Of a DNA stretch of 39,593 nt, positions 8,876 to 18,187 are shown piece after piece (position 1 is the stretch's first letter; each line of letters begins with the position of its first letter). Origin of the DNA: a virus (lineage: Duplodnaviria > Caudoviricetes); IMG/VR virus record IMGVR_UViG_3300011435_000027, positions 1 through 39,593 of that record; one strand, written 5' to 3'. The notes under the pieces were generated by a model. That model ran no database searches and was not told the origin of the DNA. It worked only from the letters and a program-made list of their open reading frames with translations. The translations under genes were made by a program, and so were the position numbers.

Positions 8876-8979
8876 ACAGGGCTAGGCTACAGCCCACGGC
8901 AAAACATAGAAGCGGAGTAGTACAGGCTACTCGTCACAATCAGCAATGTTTCGACCCCTATACTGACAAGAGGTTATTT

Positions 8980-9303
8980 ATGAAAAGCGATTATGATAAA
9001 TATTTAAAATCAAAAGCATGGCAAAAACTTAAACAACAAGCAATAGACCGTGATAAGTGTTGCCGGTTGTGCAGCTCTACAAAATATCTGCACGTGCATC
9101 ATAGAAAGTACAGCCGCTTTGGTTCTGAATCGGTTGACGATCTGACTACATTATGCCGTAAGTGCCATGACATGTTCCACAAATATAGCAAGCTCATAAC
9201 TGCGCCACCTAAAGGCCAAGGCACCGCTACAAAAGAAACCATACAAAAATCAGGGCCAATTAAAGTGTACACAAAAGAAGAAATAAAAGTTTTGGGCAGG
9301 TAA
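8980..9303 (+). CDS. HNH endonuclease
   Basis: RDKCCRLC..LHVHHRKY..DLTTLCRKCH. Confidence 0.88.
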   Translation: MKSDYDKYLKSKAWQKLKQQAIDRDKCCRLCSSTKYLHVHHRKYSRFGSESVDDLTTLCRKCHDMFHKYSKLITAPPKGQGTATKETIQKSGPIKVYTKEEIKVLGR

Positions 9304-9341
9304 TTTTTTTACCTTTATCACTTCAATCTTAAAAAAACTTG

Positions 9342-9369
9342 TTGACACCATGAAATTATCTGCTATCGT
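9342..9369 (+). promoter_or_regulatory. Sigma70-like promoter
   Basis: TTGACA-N16-TATCGT with extended TGn. Confidence 0.55.
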
Positions 9370-9395
9370 AGAGACAAGAACAACAACGAAAGGAG

Positions 9396-9947
9396 ATGGT
9401 GATGGAAAAAGTAACACTTCCAGAAATGTCAAAAGGATTGTGGAGGGTGGAGCATTTCAAGGTTGACCTACCAGACTTCCATTCAATGCTTAGAGGTCGT
9501 GGAGTTCCATTGGGTGAAGAGTTTACGCGGTTAATGCGTGGTAATACGGTTGTAATGTCTGATACCCCCGCCGAAATGCGAGACCATCGCAACGCTGTCA
9601 GGATGGCAAAAGGTAGTTGCCTCCTAAATGGTTTGGGTATTGGTATGGTATTAAAAAACATACTAGCAAAGCCAGAAGTTAGCGACGTTATTGTTGTGGA
9701 TTTATCGCAGGACGTGATTGATATGGTCTCTCCGCACTATAACGACCCCAGAACAACTTTTGTTTGTGCAGATGCAATGGAATTTACACCGCCAAAGGGC
9801 AAGCGTTTCCAAATGGTATGGCACGATATATGGGATTATATCTGCTCCGATAATCTACCACAGATGGAGAAATTACACCGCAAATATGGAAGGCGGTCGG
9901 ATTGGCAAGGGTCGTGGTGTAAAGAAGAATGCAAGCGCGGTATATAG
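9396..9947 (+). CDS. Class I SAM-dependent methyltransferase, spermidine-synthase-like fold
   Basis: MSDTPAE, LLNGLGIGMV, VVD, CADA, WHDIW. Confidence 0.78.
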   Translation: MVMEKVTLPEMSKGLWRVEHFKVDLPDFHSMLRGRGVPLGEEFTRLMRGNTVVMSDTPAEMRDHRNAVRMAKGSCLLNGLGIGMVLKNILAKPEVSDVIVVDLSQDVIDMVSPHYNDPRTTFVCADAMEFTPPKGKRFQMVWHDIWDYICSDNLPQMEKLHRKYGRRSDWQGSWCKEECKRGI

Positions 9948-9976
9948 ACACCTAACAGGGCTATAAAGGAGCCAAC

Positions 9977-10204
9977 ATGAAGATTGACAAGGACAAGTTT
10001 AAAGAAGAAGTGGAGAAGGCGCAAGCCCGCGACCCTGACCTGACGCTAGGCGACATTGCCAAAGCTGGCGGGTATCAAGCGGACAGCAGGATTTACCAGT
10101 TGATGAAGGGCATCGGAACAAACGTGAATCCACGCATCGGGGAAGCATTGGCAAAGAAGTTGAAGTGCAAGACGGCAGATATCACAGCACAGGAGGCCGC
10201 ATGA
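9977..10204 (+). CDS. XRE/Cro-like HTH regulator
   Basis: LTLGDIAKAGG..SRIYQL..ALAKKLKC..DI. Confidence 0.7.
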   Translation: MKIDKDKFKEEVEKAQARDPDLTLGDIAKAGGYQADSRIYQLMKGIGTNVNPRIGEALAKKLKCKTADITAQEAA

Positions 10205-10425
10205 AATCACAACGCAAGCTAGACAGGTATGCCAGATACTCTTACGCTTCCGGCAACGCATTTTATTACCCAAACCGCATTATTGCCGTATGCAAGATGT
10301 ATTTCCCCATCGGCCTTCGCCAATGGGCGGCAGACCAGATATTGCTCAGAGTTGTAGCGTTGGAGTACGGGGTTAACTACCGGCTGGCTGAGTTTGCGCC
10401 GCCTGTGATGGAGGTGAGGGGATAG
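10201..10425 (+). CDS. Hypothetical protein
   Basis: ATG 10201 with RBS AGGAGG, overlapping the previous stop. Confidence 0.55.
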   Translation: MKSQRKLDRYARYSYASGNAFYYPNRIIAVCKMYFPIGLRQWAADQILLRVVALEYGVNYRLAEFAPPVMEVRG

Positions 10426-10426
10426 C

Positions 10427-10609
10427 ATGGAAATTAAAATAGAGTACATTGACGGCACAATAGAAACATTCCCCGAAACATCCCGTTCGGGAGGAAGCTA
10501 TTGTACTACCGGCAAGTCTGAAATGGGATGGTATATTATTGAGAATGCTTACGGAAGCCAAACAATAATACCAGCAGACCGGATAAGAGCTATACGGACA
10601 AATAGATAA
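10427..10609 (+). CDS. Hypothetical protein
   Basis: RBS GAGGGG; tight packing. Confidence 0.6.
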   Translation: MEIKIEYIDGTIETFPETSRSGGSYCTTGKSEMGWYIIENAYGSQTIIPADRIRAIRTNR

Positions 10610-10623
10610 ACGGAGGCTAGCCC

Positions 10624-10872
10624 ATGAAAGACCTATTCGACCTGTTCAAGTCTCAGCCGATGAAAACGCTTTGCACTCTACTCACGGGGGCAATCACTGT
10701 GATACTACTTTCGATAATGGGCTGGCTGTTTCTCACGTTTCCCGAACCTACCCAACCTCCACGACTTGAGGCCGATAAGGGCGAGATTATCAGGCTGACA
10801 CCTGCGGCGATGAAGGCCGCAACGTATGAATACAACAAGCGCAAGGAAGCGCAAGCGAGGGGGGAGAAATGA
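10624..10872 (+). CDS. Single-TM hypothetical protein
   Basis: RBS GGAGG; hydrophobic TLLTGAITVILLSIMGWLFL. Confidence 0.6.
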   Translation: MKDLFDLFKSQPMKTLCTLLTGAITVILLSIMGWLFLTFPEPTQPPRLEADKGEIIRLTPAAMKAATYEYNKRKEAQARGEK

Positions 10873-11018
10873 AACAAACAAGAGTCTCATTATGTTGCAA
10901 TTCTCCCGTCACAGTAGAAGGCAAAATATCAATGTTCTATCGTTGCACTCACTGCGGCAAACCTTGTGATGCAAAAGTAGGGACAGTTGATATTACAGAA
11001 GAGAGGGCAAAGAAATGA
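10869..11018 (+). CDS. 49-aa zinc-finger-like protein
   Basis: SLCCNSPV..CTHCGKPCD; ATGA coupling at both ends. Confidence 0.6.
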   Translation: MKQTRVSLCCNSPVTVEGKISMFYRCTHCGKPCDAKVGTVDITEERAKK

Positions 11019-11173
11019 TTAAACTCATCTACGAAAACTGGCCGGTATTTTCCTGCGGTATTGCGGTAGGCGCTTGCATCGGTGCTACCATCATGGTTGT
11101 TGTCAACTCGCTGTTTCGGGGTACGATGTGCGAGGACTGCGACTTTATCGTAAGGGGTGATGAAAGTGAGTGA
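11015..11173 (+). CDS. 52-aa membrane protein
   Basis: Hydrophobic GIAVGACIGATIMVVV; ATGA-coupled start. Confidence 0.5.
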   Translation: MIKLIYENWPVFSCGIAVGACIGATIMVVVNSLFRGTMCEDCDFIVRGDESE

Positions 11174-11269
11174 ATTATATATAACCGGCTTTTTCTTCCT
11201 TGCCCTATACGTGGCAAGCGTGATCGTTGAGAAGTATGTGCTGCCACCTGAGAAGAAGAAAGGTAAACA

Positions 11270-11839
11270 ATGAAGGTTTTAGTGGCTTGTGAATATTCAG
11301 GCGTAGTAAGACGAGCTTTTGCGGCCAAAGGGCATAATGCCTGGAGTTGCGATTTGCTTCCGCCAGAAGAACCCAAACAACAGCATCCTAACCATATGCA
11401 ATGTGATGTAAGTATTATTTTAGACAACCATTGGGATTTAATGATTGCACACCCTCCCTGTACGCATCTTTCAGTTTCAGGAGCAAGGCACTTCCCCGCA
11501 AAACGAGCAGATGGACGACAGCAAGAAGCTATTGATTTCTTTATGGAGTTAATAAACGCCCCTATCCCAAAAATAGCGGTAGAAAATCCAATTTGCATCA
11601 TGTCAACCATTTACCGAAAACCCGACCAGATAATTCAACCTTGGCAATTCGGACACGGAGAAACAAAGGCGACGTGCTTGTGGTTAAAGGGTTTGCCTCT
11701 CTTAACTCCGACAAACATTGTAGAAGGCCGGGAAAACCGTATTCACAGAATGCCACCAAGCAAAGATAGATGGAAGGAGCGCTCAAGGACATATCAAGGA
11801 ATAGCCGACGCAATGGCTCAACAGTGGGGTTTATTATGA
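11270..11839 (+). CDS. Compact phage-type C5-cytosine DNA methyltransferase-like protein
   Basis: VLVACEYSG, IAHPPC (catalytic PC), ENP, KATCLWL, RSRTYQGIADAMA.QWG. Confidence 0.8.
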   Translation: MKVLVACEYSGVVRRAFAAKGHNAWSCDLLPPEEPKQQHPNHMQCDVSIILDNHWDLMIAHPPCTHLSVSGARHFPAKRADGRQQEAIDFFMELINAPIPKIAVENPICIMSTIYRKPDQIIQPWQFGHGETKATCLWLKGLPLLTPTNIVEGRENRIHRMPPSKDRWKERSRTYQGIADAMAQQWGLL

Positions 11840-12006
11840 CACAAGGCCGCACAATCCGCCCTGGCGATGCTGACTTTGCCGAGATAGCCAAGACCATCAC
11901 CCCCATTGAGCGAGTGCCTTACACAAAGCAAGAGAGGCTTATACGTGTAGAGATTGACCCCGCAAGCGGGAAGTCGCGGCGGGAAACTTTGGATAAATTG
12001 AGGTGA
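11836..12006 (+). CDS. Hypothetical protein
   Basis: ATGA overlap with the methyltransferase stop. Confidence 0.5.
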   Translation: MTQGRTIRPGDADFAEIAKTITPIERVPYTKQERLIRVEIDPASGKSRRETLDKLR

Positions 12007-12010
12007 CAAT

Positions 12011-12469
12011 ATGAACTTTCTGGAAGCGGTACAGACGTTGGCTGAGGGAGGATGTGAAGGAATACAGTTACCTTCTGGATTGTTCACGCTCCGACTAAAG
12101 GGCGGCATCCTAATGGATGAAAATGGAGTTAATTTCTATCCTTATTATCAAACCATTGCTTCTGCCGACTGGCAGCTAGTGGGCGAAAAGCCGCAGACGG
12201 AGACGCGGGAGGTGAAGCGGTGGGTGGTAATTGACAAAACCGGCGCACAAGCCACCTACTACGAAAGAAGCCATGCAGAAGAAAACGCGCCCAACTCCGT
12301 GGTTGTCGAACTCACCGGCACATACACCATTGAGTTTAAACAGAAAGTGAAGCGGAGAGAACAGCTTGAAAATATCGCTTATGGCAATGGGATGCACATT
12401 CATATCCCGCACGATAGCAAGATTCCCGTTGGTGCTAAGTTCTACGCAGAGTATGAAAGCGAGGAGTAA
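12011..12469 (+). CDS. Hypothetical protein
   Basis: RBS GAGGTG; MNFLEA..DW start seen in phage early genes. Confidence 0.65.
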   Translation: MNFLEAVQTLAEGGCEGIQLPSGLFTLRLKGGILMDENGVNFYPYYQTIASADWQLVGEKPQTETREVKRWVVIDKTGAQATYYERSHAEENAPNSVVVELTGTYTIEFKQKVKRREQLENIAYGNGMHIHIPHDSKIPVGAKFYAEYESEE

Positions 12470-12676
12470 ATGTCTTTCAACTGGCGCAAATACTGCCGCA
12501 ACGATGAAGCACCTGAATATTATGAGGTGATAGATGATTGTCCCGACCATGAAGGAAATAATGAAGTTGACGATACAATGGGCAGTGAAGAAGATCCGCG
12601 ACATGCTGCTTGGTGCAAATGCCCCGACTGTTTGGAAGAAATAGGCGACTGGAAATACCATCAAAAGGAGAGATAA
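12470..12676 (+). CDS. Acidic hypothetical protein with CxCxxC
   Basis: RBS GAGGAG; H..WCKCPDC. Confidence 0.55.
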   Translation: MSFNWRKYCRNDEAPEYYEVIDDCPDHEGNNEVDDTMGSEEDPRHAAWCKCPDCLEEIGDWKYHQKER

Positions 12677-12677
12677 G

Positions 12678-12950
12678 ATGATTACATTCACACCAGAGAA
12701 CCCCGCGCAAGTGATGAAAGAGAAGGTAGTGCTGGACGGAAAGGTCATCGGGATAGTGTTTCCCTATGAAAGTGGCCTTGACACAGTTAGCAAATATCAG
12801 GCACAGCTTCAATTTATCTCAACTCAAGCCATGTATCCTGGCGGCTTTGGCCCCACAAAGATTGACGCAATAACTGACGCTATCGCCAATGGCAGGGAAG
12901 AAGCATTGAAAGCGCTGGCTGAACTGGCGGAAATCGAGGCGAAGATATGA
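12678..12950 (+). CDS. Hypothetical protein
   Basis: RBS AAGGAG; tight packing. Confidence 0.6.
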   Translation: MITFTPENPAQVMKEKVVLDGKVIGIVFPYESGLDTVSKYQAQLQFISTQAMYPGGFGPTKIDAITDAIANGREEALKALAELAEIEAKI

Positions 12951-13603
12951 AGCAATTAGTAATCGACATTGAGACAATCCCTTGCCAAGCCCCCGACTCA
13001 AAGGCAGAAATAGGTGATTTAATCTTGCCACCAGGCAATATAACAAAGCCCGAAAGCATTGAAAAGTGGCTGTCTGAGAACCGCGAGGAAAAGACAGAAG
13101 AATTGTACCGCAAAACCTCTTTTGATGGCAGTAAGGGTGAAATATGCTGTATCGGATGGGCTGTTGAAAACGGGCCTGTATTTTCCCTTTATCGTGATTT
13201 ACATCAATCAGAGGCGGATATGTTGACCGAGTTCTTTGATATGCTCCAAGATGGAGAATACGAGATTATAGGTCACAATGTAATATCCTTCGATATCCGG
13301 TTTTTGTATCAGCGTTGCGTGATAAGCGGCGTGAAACCATCATTCAACCTGTGGCAGAATGAAAGGTACACCGGCGGTAAGGTATTCGACACAATGACCG
13401 CATGGGCGGGATGGGGCAACAGAATCAGCCTCGTCAACCTCTGTGCCGCGTTGAACATCCCCGTGAAATCGAGCGACATTACCGGAGCTACTGTGTGGGA
13501 TGCGGTACTTGCTGGCCGGATTAAGGAAGTGTCCGAATATTGTAAGGAAGATGTATCCGCTACAAGGTCGGCTTATCGCAAAATGACATTCGAGGTGTGC
13601 TGA
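12947..13603 (+). CDS. DnaQ/PolB-related 3'-5' exonuclease
   Basis: ExoI DIET, ExoII GHNVISFD, ExoIII YCKED. Confidence 0.88.
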   Translation: MKQLVIDIETIPCQAPDSKAEIGDLILPPGNITKPESIEKWLSENREEKTEELYRKTSFDGSKGEICCIGWAVENGPVFSLYRDLHQSEADMLTEFFDMLQDGEYEIIGHNVISFDIRFLYQRCVISGVKPSFNLWQNERYTGGKVFDTMTAWAGWGNRISLVNLCAALNIPVKSSDITGATVWDAVLAGRIKEVSEYCKEDVSATRSAYRKMTFEVC

Positions 13604-13678
13604 TGGAAGAGATAGACTACGAAGCCCTGTTAGGCGAACGCCGCACCGGATGGAATTCTAAACCGATTGGAGAAGACC

Positions 13679-14449
13679 ATGAGTGAAAAACAACCGCTTG
13701 AAGTTTACAAGTCCATTGTAGCAATCACCGGCGAACTCGCCAAAGAGGGCATAGCCAAGAAACAGGTAAACCAGCAACAGGGGTTCAAGTATCGCGGCAT
13801 TGATGCTGTATATGCCGCCTTGTCTCCCTTGCTTGCATCCCATCAGCTTTGCATCCTGCCGAGAATCATCAGCAAGGAAGTTGTTGAGCGTGTCAATGCC
13901 AAGGGAACTGCCCTGTTTTATACCACCGTAGAAGCGAATTTTGACGTTGTGAGCGCTGTTGATGGCTCAACCCATACCGTTATCAGCTACGGCGAGGCTA
14001 TGGACTCAGGGGATAAGTCAATCGGCAAGGCCATGAGCTATGCTTACAAGGCTATGGCCTTCATGCTGTTTGCTATTCCAACCGAAGGCGACAACGACCC
14101 CGACGCACAAACCCATGAAGTACAGCCGCAGAATAAGCCCACACAAGCCGCTAAACCTTCACCCCCTGCCGATGGTATGCCCAAGGTCAACCAGGCCCTC
14201 TACGACGAGCTTGCTGCTTGGTGCAAGGGTGATACCGACAACATGGACACCGTATTAAAGCGGTTGAGCTATTACAAGACCGGAGACGAAGCAAAAGGGG
14301 AGGAAGTGAAAGAATATTCATTCGGCCTTGACCGCTTGCCCAAGACTTCCGAGAAGTGGGCGGGTAAAGTGCTGACGGCTTTGAAAAAGATGATTGAGGC
14401 CGAAACAGCCGCCGATACTCAAATTGACACAGACGACATTCCCTTTTAG
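13679..14449 (+). CDS. erf: ERF-family single-strand annealing protein
   Basis: FKYRGIDAV, GEAMDSGDKSIGKAMSYAYK, GDNDPDA; SSB-like acidic tail DDIPF. Confidence 0.85.
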   Translation: MSEKQPLEVYKSIVAITGELAKEGIAKKQVNQQQGFKYRGIDAVYAALSPLLASHQLCILPRIISKEVVERVNAKGTALFYTTVEANFDVVSAVDGSTHTVISYGEAMDSGDKSIGKAMSYAYKAMAFMLFAIPTEGDNDPDAQTHEVQPQNKPTQAAKPSPPADGMPKVNQALYDELAAWCKGDTDNMDTVLKRLSYYKTGDEAKGEEVKEYSFGLDRLPKTSEKWAGKVLTALKKMIEAETAADTQIDTDDIPF

Positions 14450-14451
14450 CC

Positions 14452-14841
14452 ATGAAACATAAAATAATCATAACAGGCCCGACTCAGCGCGAATATGCCA
14501 TGAAGGTTATTAAATGCCTTCCCAATGAACCAGTACACGAAGTCACGGTAAAAGAGCATAAAAAGCTACGCAGCTTAGACGCAAATAGCAAACTTTGGGC
14601 AATGTTGACCGAAGTCTCAGGGTCCGTTGTATGGCATGGGCAGAAGTTGAGCAAGGAAGAGTGGAAGGACATTTTCACAGCCGCACTCAAAAGGCAAAAG
14701 GTTGTACCAGGACTCGACAATGGGTTTGTAGTCTTAGGCGCTCACACCTCTAAAATGTCCGTAGCAGAGTTTTCCGAGATGATAGAACTAATAACCGCCT
14801 TTGGTACTCAGCAGGGCGTGAAATTCAGAGTAATTGAATAG
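14452..14841 (+). CDS. ninB: NinB/Orf-family recombination protein
   Basis: RSLDANSKLWAML, WHGQKLSKEEWKDIF, TSKMSVAEFSEMIE. Confidence 0.88.
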   Translation: MKHKIIITGPTQREYAMKVIKCLPNEPVHEVTVKEHKKLRSLDANSKLWAMLTEVSGSVVWHGQKLSKEEWKDIFTAALKRQKVVPGLDNGFVVLGAHTSKMSVAEFSEMIELITAFGTQQGVKFRVIE

Positions 14842-14843
14842 CA

Positions 14844-15042
14844 TCGGGGGTCAGCACAGATGGGGCCGACGGGCAATGTGCGACTGCATTGGAGCAGAAG
14901 GACGCGGAGAGAGAATAATTGCCGGTATTCGTTAGAGTCTACGGTTTGCAACTCTCAATATAGGCTACGGGATAGACAACAAAACCGGCGCAACCGGAAA
15001 CAGGAGCGTACGCGAAATCCCCCGACCAAACCGCACCCCCGA
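14844..15042 (+). ncRNA. Candidate structured RNA, family unknown
   Basis: Closing stem TCGGGGGT/ACCCCCGA with nested stems in a gap lacking a credible ORF. Confidence 0.4.
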
Positions 15043-15068
15043 CCAATTTAACGAGTAATGGAGATATC

Positions 15069-15476
15069 ATGAACTGTCCCCGATGTAAGACTAAAATGCA
15101 CGACCAAACAGCCAGTATTTCATCAGGCTTTCATGGTAGCGAGTCAGAGAGTGAACTGCTATTGCCTCATTGGTCGTGCTGGTCTTGCGGCCATTTAGAA
15201 CACAAGCCGGTAGAAGCCAAGCCGCTTAATACAAAAGAGAAGTGCGGCACGTTCATGGCTAACGCTGGCAATCACAGGCAGGAATCACAAGAGACAGCAA
15301 AGATGCGATGCGATGACTACTTCGAAAAGTTCAAGTATAGGTTCAAAGAGGGACTTGTTAAGGGCAAAACATTTAAAGCTATATGGTTAGAAATTAAAGA
15401 GAATGACATAAACCTTCCATCAAGGTCATGGCTTCGAAAAGCGTACCTTGATTGGATAGAAAGGGCAACGGGATGA
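15069..15476 (+). CDS. Zinc-ribbon-containing hypothetical protein
   Basis: MNCPRC..CWSCG; RBS GGAG. Confidence 0.65.
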   Translation: MNCPRCKTKMHDQTASISSGFHGSESESELLLPHWSCWSCGHLEHKPVEAKPLNTKEKCGTFMANAGNHRQESQETAKMRCDDYFEKFKYRFKEGLVKGKTFKAIWLEIKENDINLPSRSWLRKAYLDWIERATG

Positions 15477-15595
15477 ACCCCCTACGCATCAAGACACTAA
15501 CCAGCATGATAGCAAAGCAGATGGACGGAGAGGAAGAAATAACCAATCCCACCAACAGGCACCAGCGCAGAGCGCAGAAAAAGAGGGGCAAATGA
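15473..15595 (+). CDS. 40-aa hypothetical protein
   Basis: ATGA coupling on both sides; basic NRHQRR tail. Confidence 0.5.
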   Translation: MNPLRIKTLTSMIAKQMDGEEEITNPTNRHQRRAQKKRGK

Positions 15596-16956
15596 GCAAC
15601 TATCACGACTTCCTTTCAGCCAAACAGCAACTTGGCAACATGCACGGATTCAAGCCCTTGTTTATGCCAGACTTCCTCAAGGACTTTCAAAGCGACTTGG
15701 TGGACTATTCCATTAACCAAGGACGGTCAGCTATATTTGCCGATTGTGGACTTGGTAAAAGTCCTATGTCGCTAGTATGGGCTGAAAACGTAGCTCGTCA
15801 TACAGGCCGCAACGTGCTGATACTCACCACTTGCGCCGTTGCCCCTCAGTTTGTGCAGGAGGGGGCAAAGTTTGGAATCGAGGTCACACGGTCGCATCAT
15901 GGCGAAGTGGGAAGGATAACCGCTTGCAACTATGAACGCCTGCACCTTTTAGACCCGAAAGACTTTGCCGGGGTGGTTTGTGATGAGAGTTCCATCCTCA
16001 AAAACTTCAAAGGTAAGACCCGCTTGGAAATCACCATCTTCATGCGGAAAATAAAGTACCGCCTATTGGCCACAGCTACCCCATCCCCTAATGACTTCCC
16101 TGAACTCGGTACATCCTCAGAGGTACTCGGCTACATGGGACACATGGATATGCTGAATAAGTTTTTCAAGAACGACCTCAACAACAGTTCAACCGGAAGG
16201 ATAGGCGGGGAGGTTATCAAGTGGCGGCTGAAAGGCCATGCTCGACAAGCGTTTTGGAGATGGGTAGCTTCATGGTCAAGGGCTATCAGAAAGCCCTCTG
16301 ATATGGGTTATGACGACGGAGAGTTTCTGCTGCCCCCACTGACTGAAACGGAACACATTGTCGAAGCTAGAAGCCTAGCAGAAGGGATGCTGTTTGCCCT
16401 CCCTGCCGTTGGGATGAAAGAACAGCGGGAAGAACGCAGAAGGTCAATAGTTGAGCGTTGCGAAAAGGCCGCAAGCCTTGTGAACGGTACCGGGGATTAT
16501 GGAATAGTATGGTGCCACCTGAACGACGAGGGCGATATGCTTGAAAAGATGATACCCGATGCTGTCCAGGTCAGTGGCAAAGACGATGACGACAAGAAAG
16601 AACGCAAGCTGATGGACTTTGCCAACGGCAACACAAGGGTACTTGTGACAAAGCCTGTTATCGGGGCATGGGGGCTGAATTTACAGCACTGTAATCACAT
16701 GGTAGCATTTCCTTCTCATTCTTTTGAACAGTATTATCAGGCAATCAGAAGGTGCTGGAGGTTTGGCCAGAAACGGCCCGTTCAGGTGGACGTAATTTCC
16801 ACAGAGGGAGAACACAGGGTAATTGCAAATCTCCAACGCAAGGCGAAACAGGCTGATGAAATGTTTGATAGTTTAATTGCAGAGATGCACAACGTACTCA
16901 ACATCGAAAACAAAAAGATATTCAATAAAAAACTGGAGGTTCCATCATGGCTGTAA
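15592..16956 (+). CDS. SNF2-like superfamily 2 helicase
   Basis: GLGKS, DESS, TATP, GLNLQ, QAIRRCWRFGQ. Confidence 0.9.
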   Translation: MSNYHDFLSAKQQLGNMHGFKPLFMPDFLKDFQSDLVDYSINQGRSAIFADCGLGKSPMSLVWAENVARHTGRNVLILTTCAVAPQFVQEGAKFGIEVTRSHHGEVGRITACNYERLHLLDPKDFAGVVCDESSILKNFKGKTRLEITIFMRKIKYRLLATATPSPNDFPELGTSSEVLGYMGHMDMLNKFFKNDLNNSSTGRIGGEVIKWRLKGHARQAFWRWVASWSRAIRKPSDMGYDDGEFLLPPLTETEHIVEARSLAEGMLFALPAVGMKEQREERRRSIVERCEKAASLVNGTGDYGIVWCHLNDEGDMLEKMIPDAVQVSGKDDDDKKERKLMDFANGNTRVLVTKPVIGAWGLNLQHCNHMVAFPSHSFEQYYQAIRRCWRFGQKRPVQVDVISTEGEHRVIANLQRKAKQADEMFDSLIAEMHNVLNIENKKIFNKKLEVPSWL

Positions 16957-17912
16957 TTGAGCAAACCATCACGGAAGATTATGCCCTTTATAATTCCGAT
17001 TGCATTGAGGGTATGCAGGGTATGCCGGAGAAGTCCGTTCACTTCACCATCTATTCTCCGCCGTTCTGTGGCCTTTACCAGTATTCCAGCCACGAGCGCG
17101 ACCTTTCCAACTGCGACAGCTACGAACAGTTTTTCGAGCATTACGAGTATGTTGTAAAAGAGATTGCCAGAATAACCCTTCCTGGCAGATTGTCGGCTGT
17201 TCATTGCATGGACACCCCGAACAGCAACAGCGGCAGGGACAGCTATAACGATTTCCCGGGCGATATCATCCGTCTCCACCAGAAGCACGGCATGGAATAC
17301 ATAGGCCGTCATGGGATATGGAAAGAACCCCTCGCGGTACGTCTTCGGACGATGCAGAAGAACCTTGCACACCAAACCCTTACCATTGACTCTTCTCTGT
17401 GCGGTATCGCCTCAATGGACTATCTGTTGCTGTTTAGGAACAAAGGCGATAACCCTATTCCAGTTTCACATCCTACCGGACTTCTCAACTACATCGGAGA
17501 ACGTGAAATTCCCCGTGAATTGTACGAATGGCGCGGACACGACGGCAAGCAGACAGAAAACCGATTCTCTCATTGGATATGGCGACAGTATGCCTCTTCA
17601 TTTTGGGATGATATCAGGATTGAAAGAGTCCTCCCATACCGCGAGGCCAGGGACTCGGAAGATGAAAAGCATGTTCACCCCTTGCAGCTTGACGTAATTG
17701 AACGGGCTGTAACTCTACGCACTAATCCCGGCGAGGTTGTGCTTACTCCGTTTATGGGAGTAGGGTCCGAGGTCTACGGGGCTGTATCATTAGGTCGGAA
17801 AGGTATCGGCTTTGAACTGAAAGAATCATACTACCGGCAAGCTATCAAGAATGTCAGCTTTGCCAAAGTGGAAGAACATGAGCAAGGTGATTTATTGGAG
17901 TTAATGGGATGA
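16947..17912 (+). CDS. N4-C/N6-A DNA methyltransferase, beta class
   Basis: Catalytic SPPF N-terminal to SAM-binding TPFMGVGSE..GFELKESYY. Confidence 0.88.
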   Translation: MAVIEQTITEDYALYNSDCIEGMQGMPEKSVHFTIYSPPFCGLYQYSSHERDLSNCDSYEQFFEHYEYVVKEIARITLPGRLSAVHCMDTPNSNSGRDSYNDFPGDIIRLHQKHGMEYIGRHGIWKEPLAVRLRTMQKNLAHQTLTIDSSLCGIASMDYLLLFRNKGDNPIPVSHPTGLLNYIGEREIPRELYEWRGHDGKQTENRFSHWIWRQYASSFWDDIRIERVLPYREARDSEDEKHVHPLQLDVIERAVTLRTNPGEVVLTPFMGVGSEVYGAVSLGRKGIGFELKESYYRQAIKNVSFAKVEEHEQGDLLELMG

Positions 17913-18187
17913 TGTTTCCCAAGATTAAGCGGATACGCGACCCAAAGTATTTGAAGTTCTGCCGGTCACTGCCATGTTGCATCTGCGGGGCGATAGATGG
18001 CATCCAACCGCACCACACGGACAGTGGGGGCGTTGCATTGGTGGGGGATGATACAAGCGCGGTGCCGGTATGCCTCTCCTGCCACCAGAACATACACCAG
18101 CACCACAGCAAGCGGGGTTTCTGGAAAGAATCCGAACTAAAATCATTGCTTGAAAGATTGCACGAAACATACAAGGGGGCTTTATGA
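17909..18187 (+). CDS. Zinc-binding HNH-like protein (DUF968-like)
   Basis: YLKFCRSLPCCICG..PHH..GDD..VPVCLSCH. Confidence 0.72.
   Translation: MMFPKIKRIRDPKYLKFCRSLPCCICGAIDGIQPHHTDSGGVALVGDDTSAVPVCLSCHQNIHQHHSKRGFWKESELKSLLERLHETYKGAL

Noticed and set aside
14860-15051. 63-aa ORF as a real gene
   Set aside because: Weak RBS and an Arg/Pro-rich unstructured product; base-pairing explains the region better, though coding is not excluded
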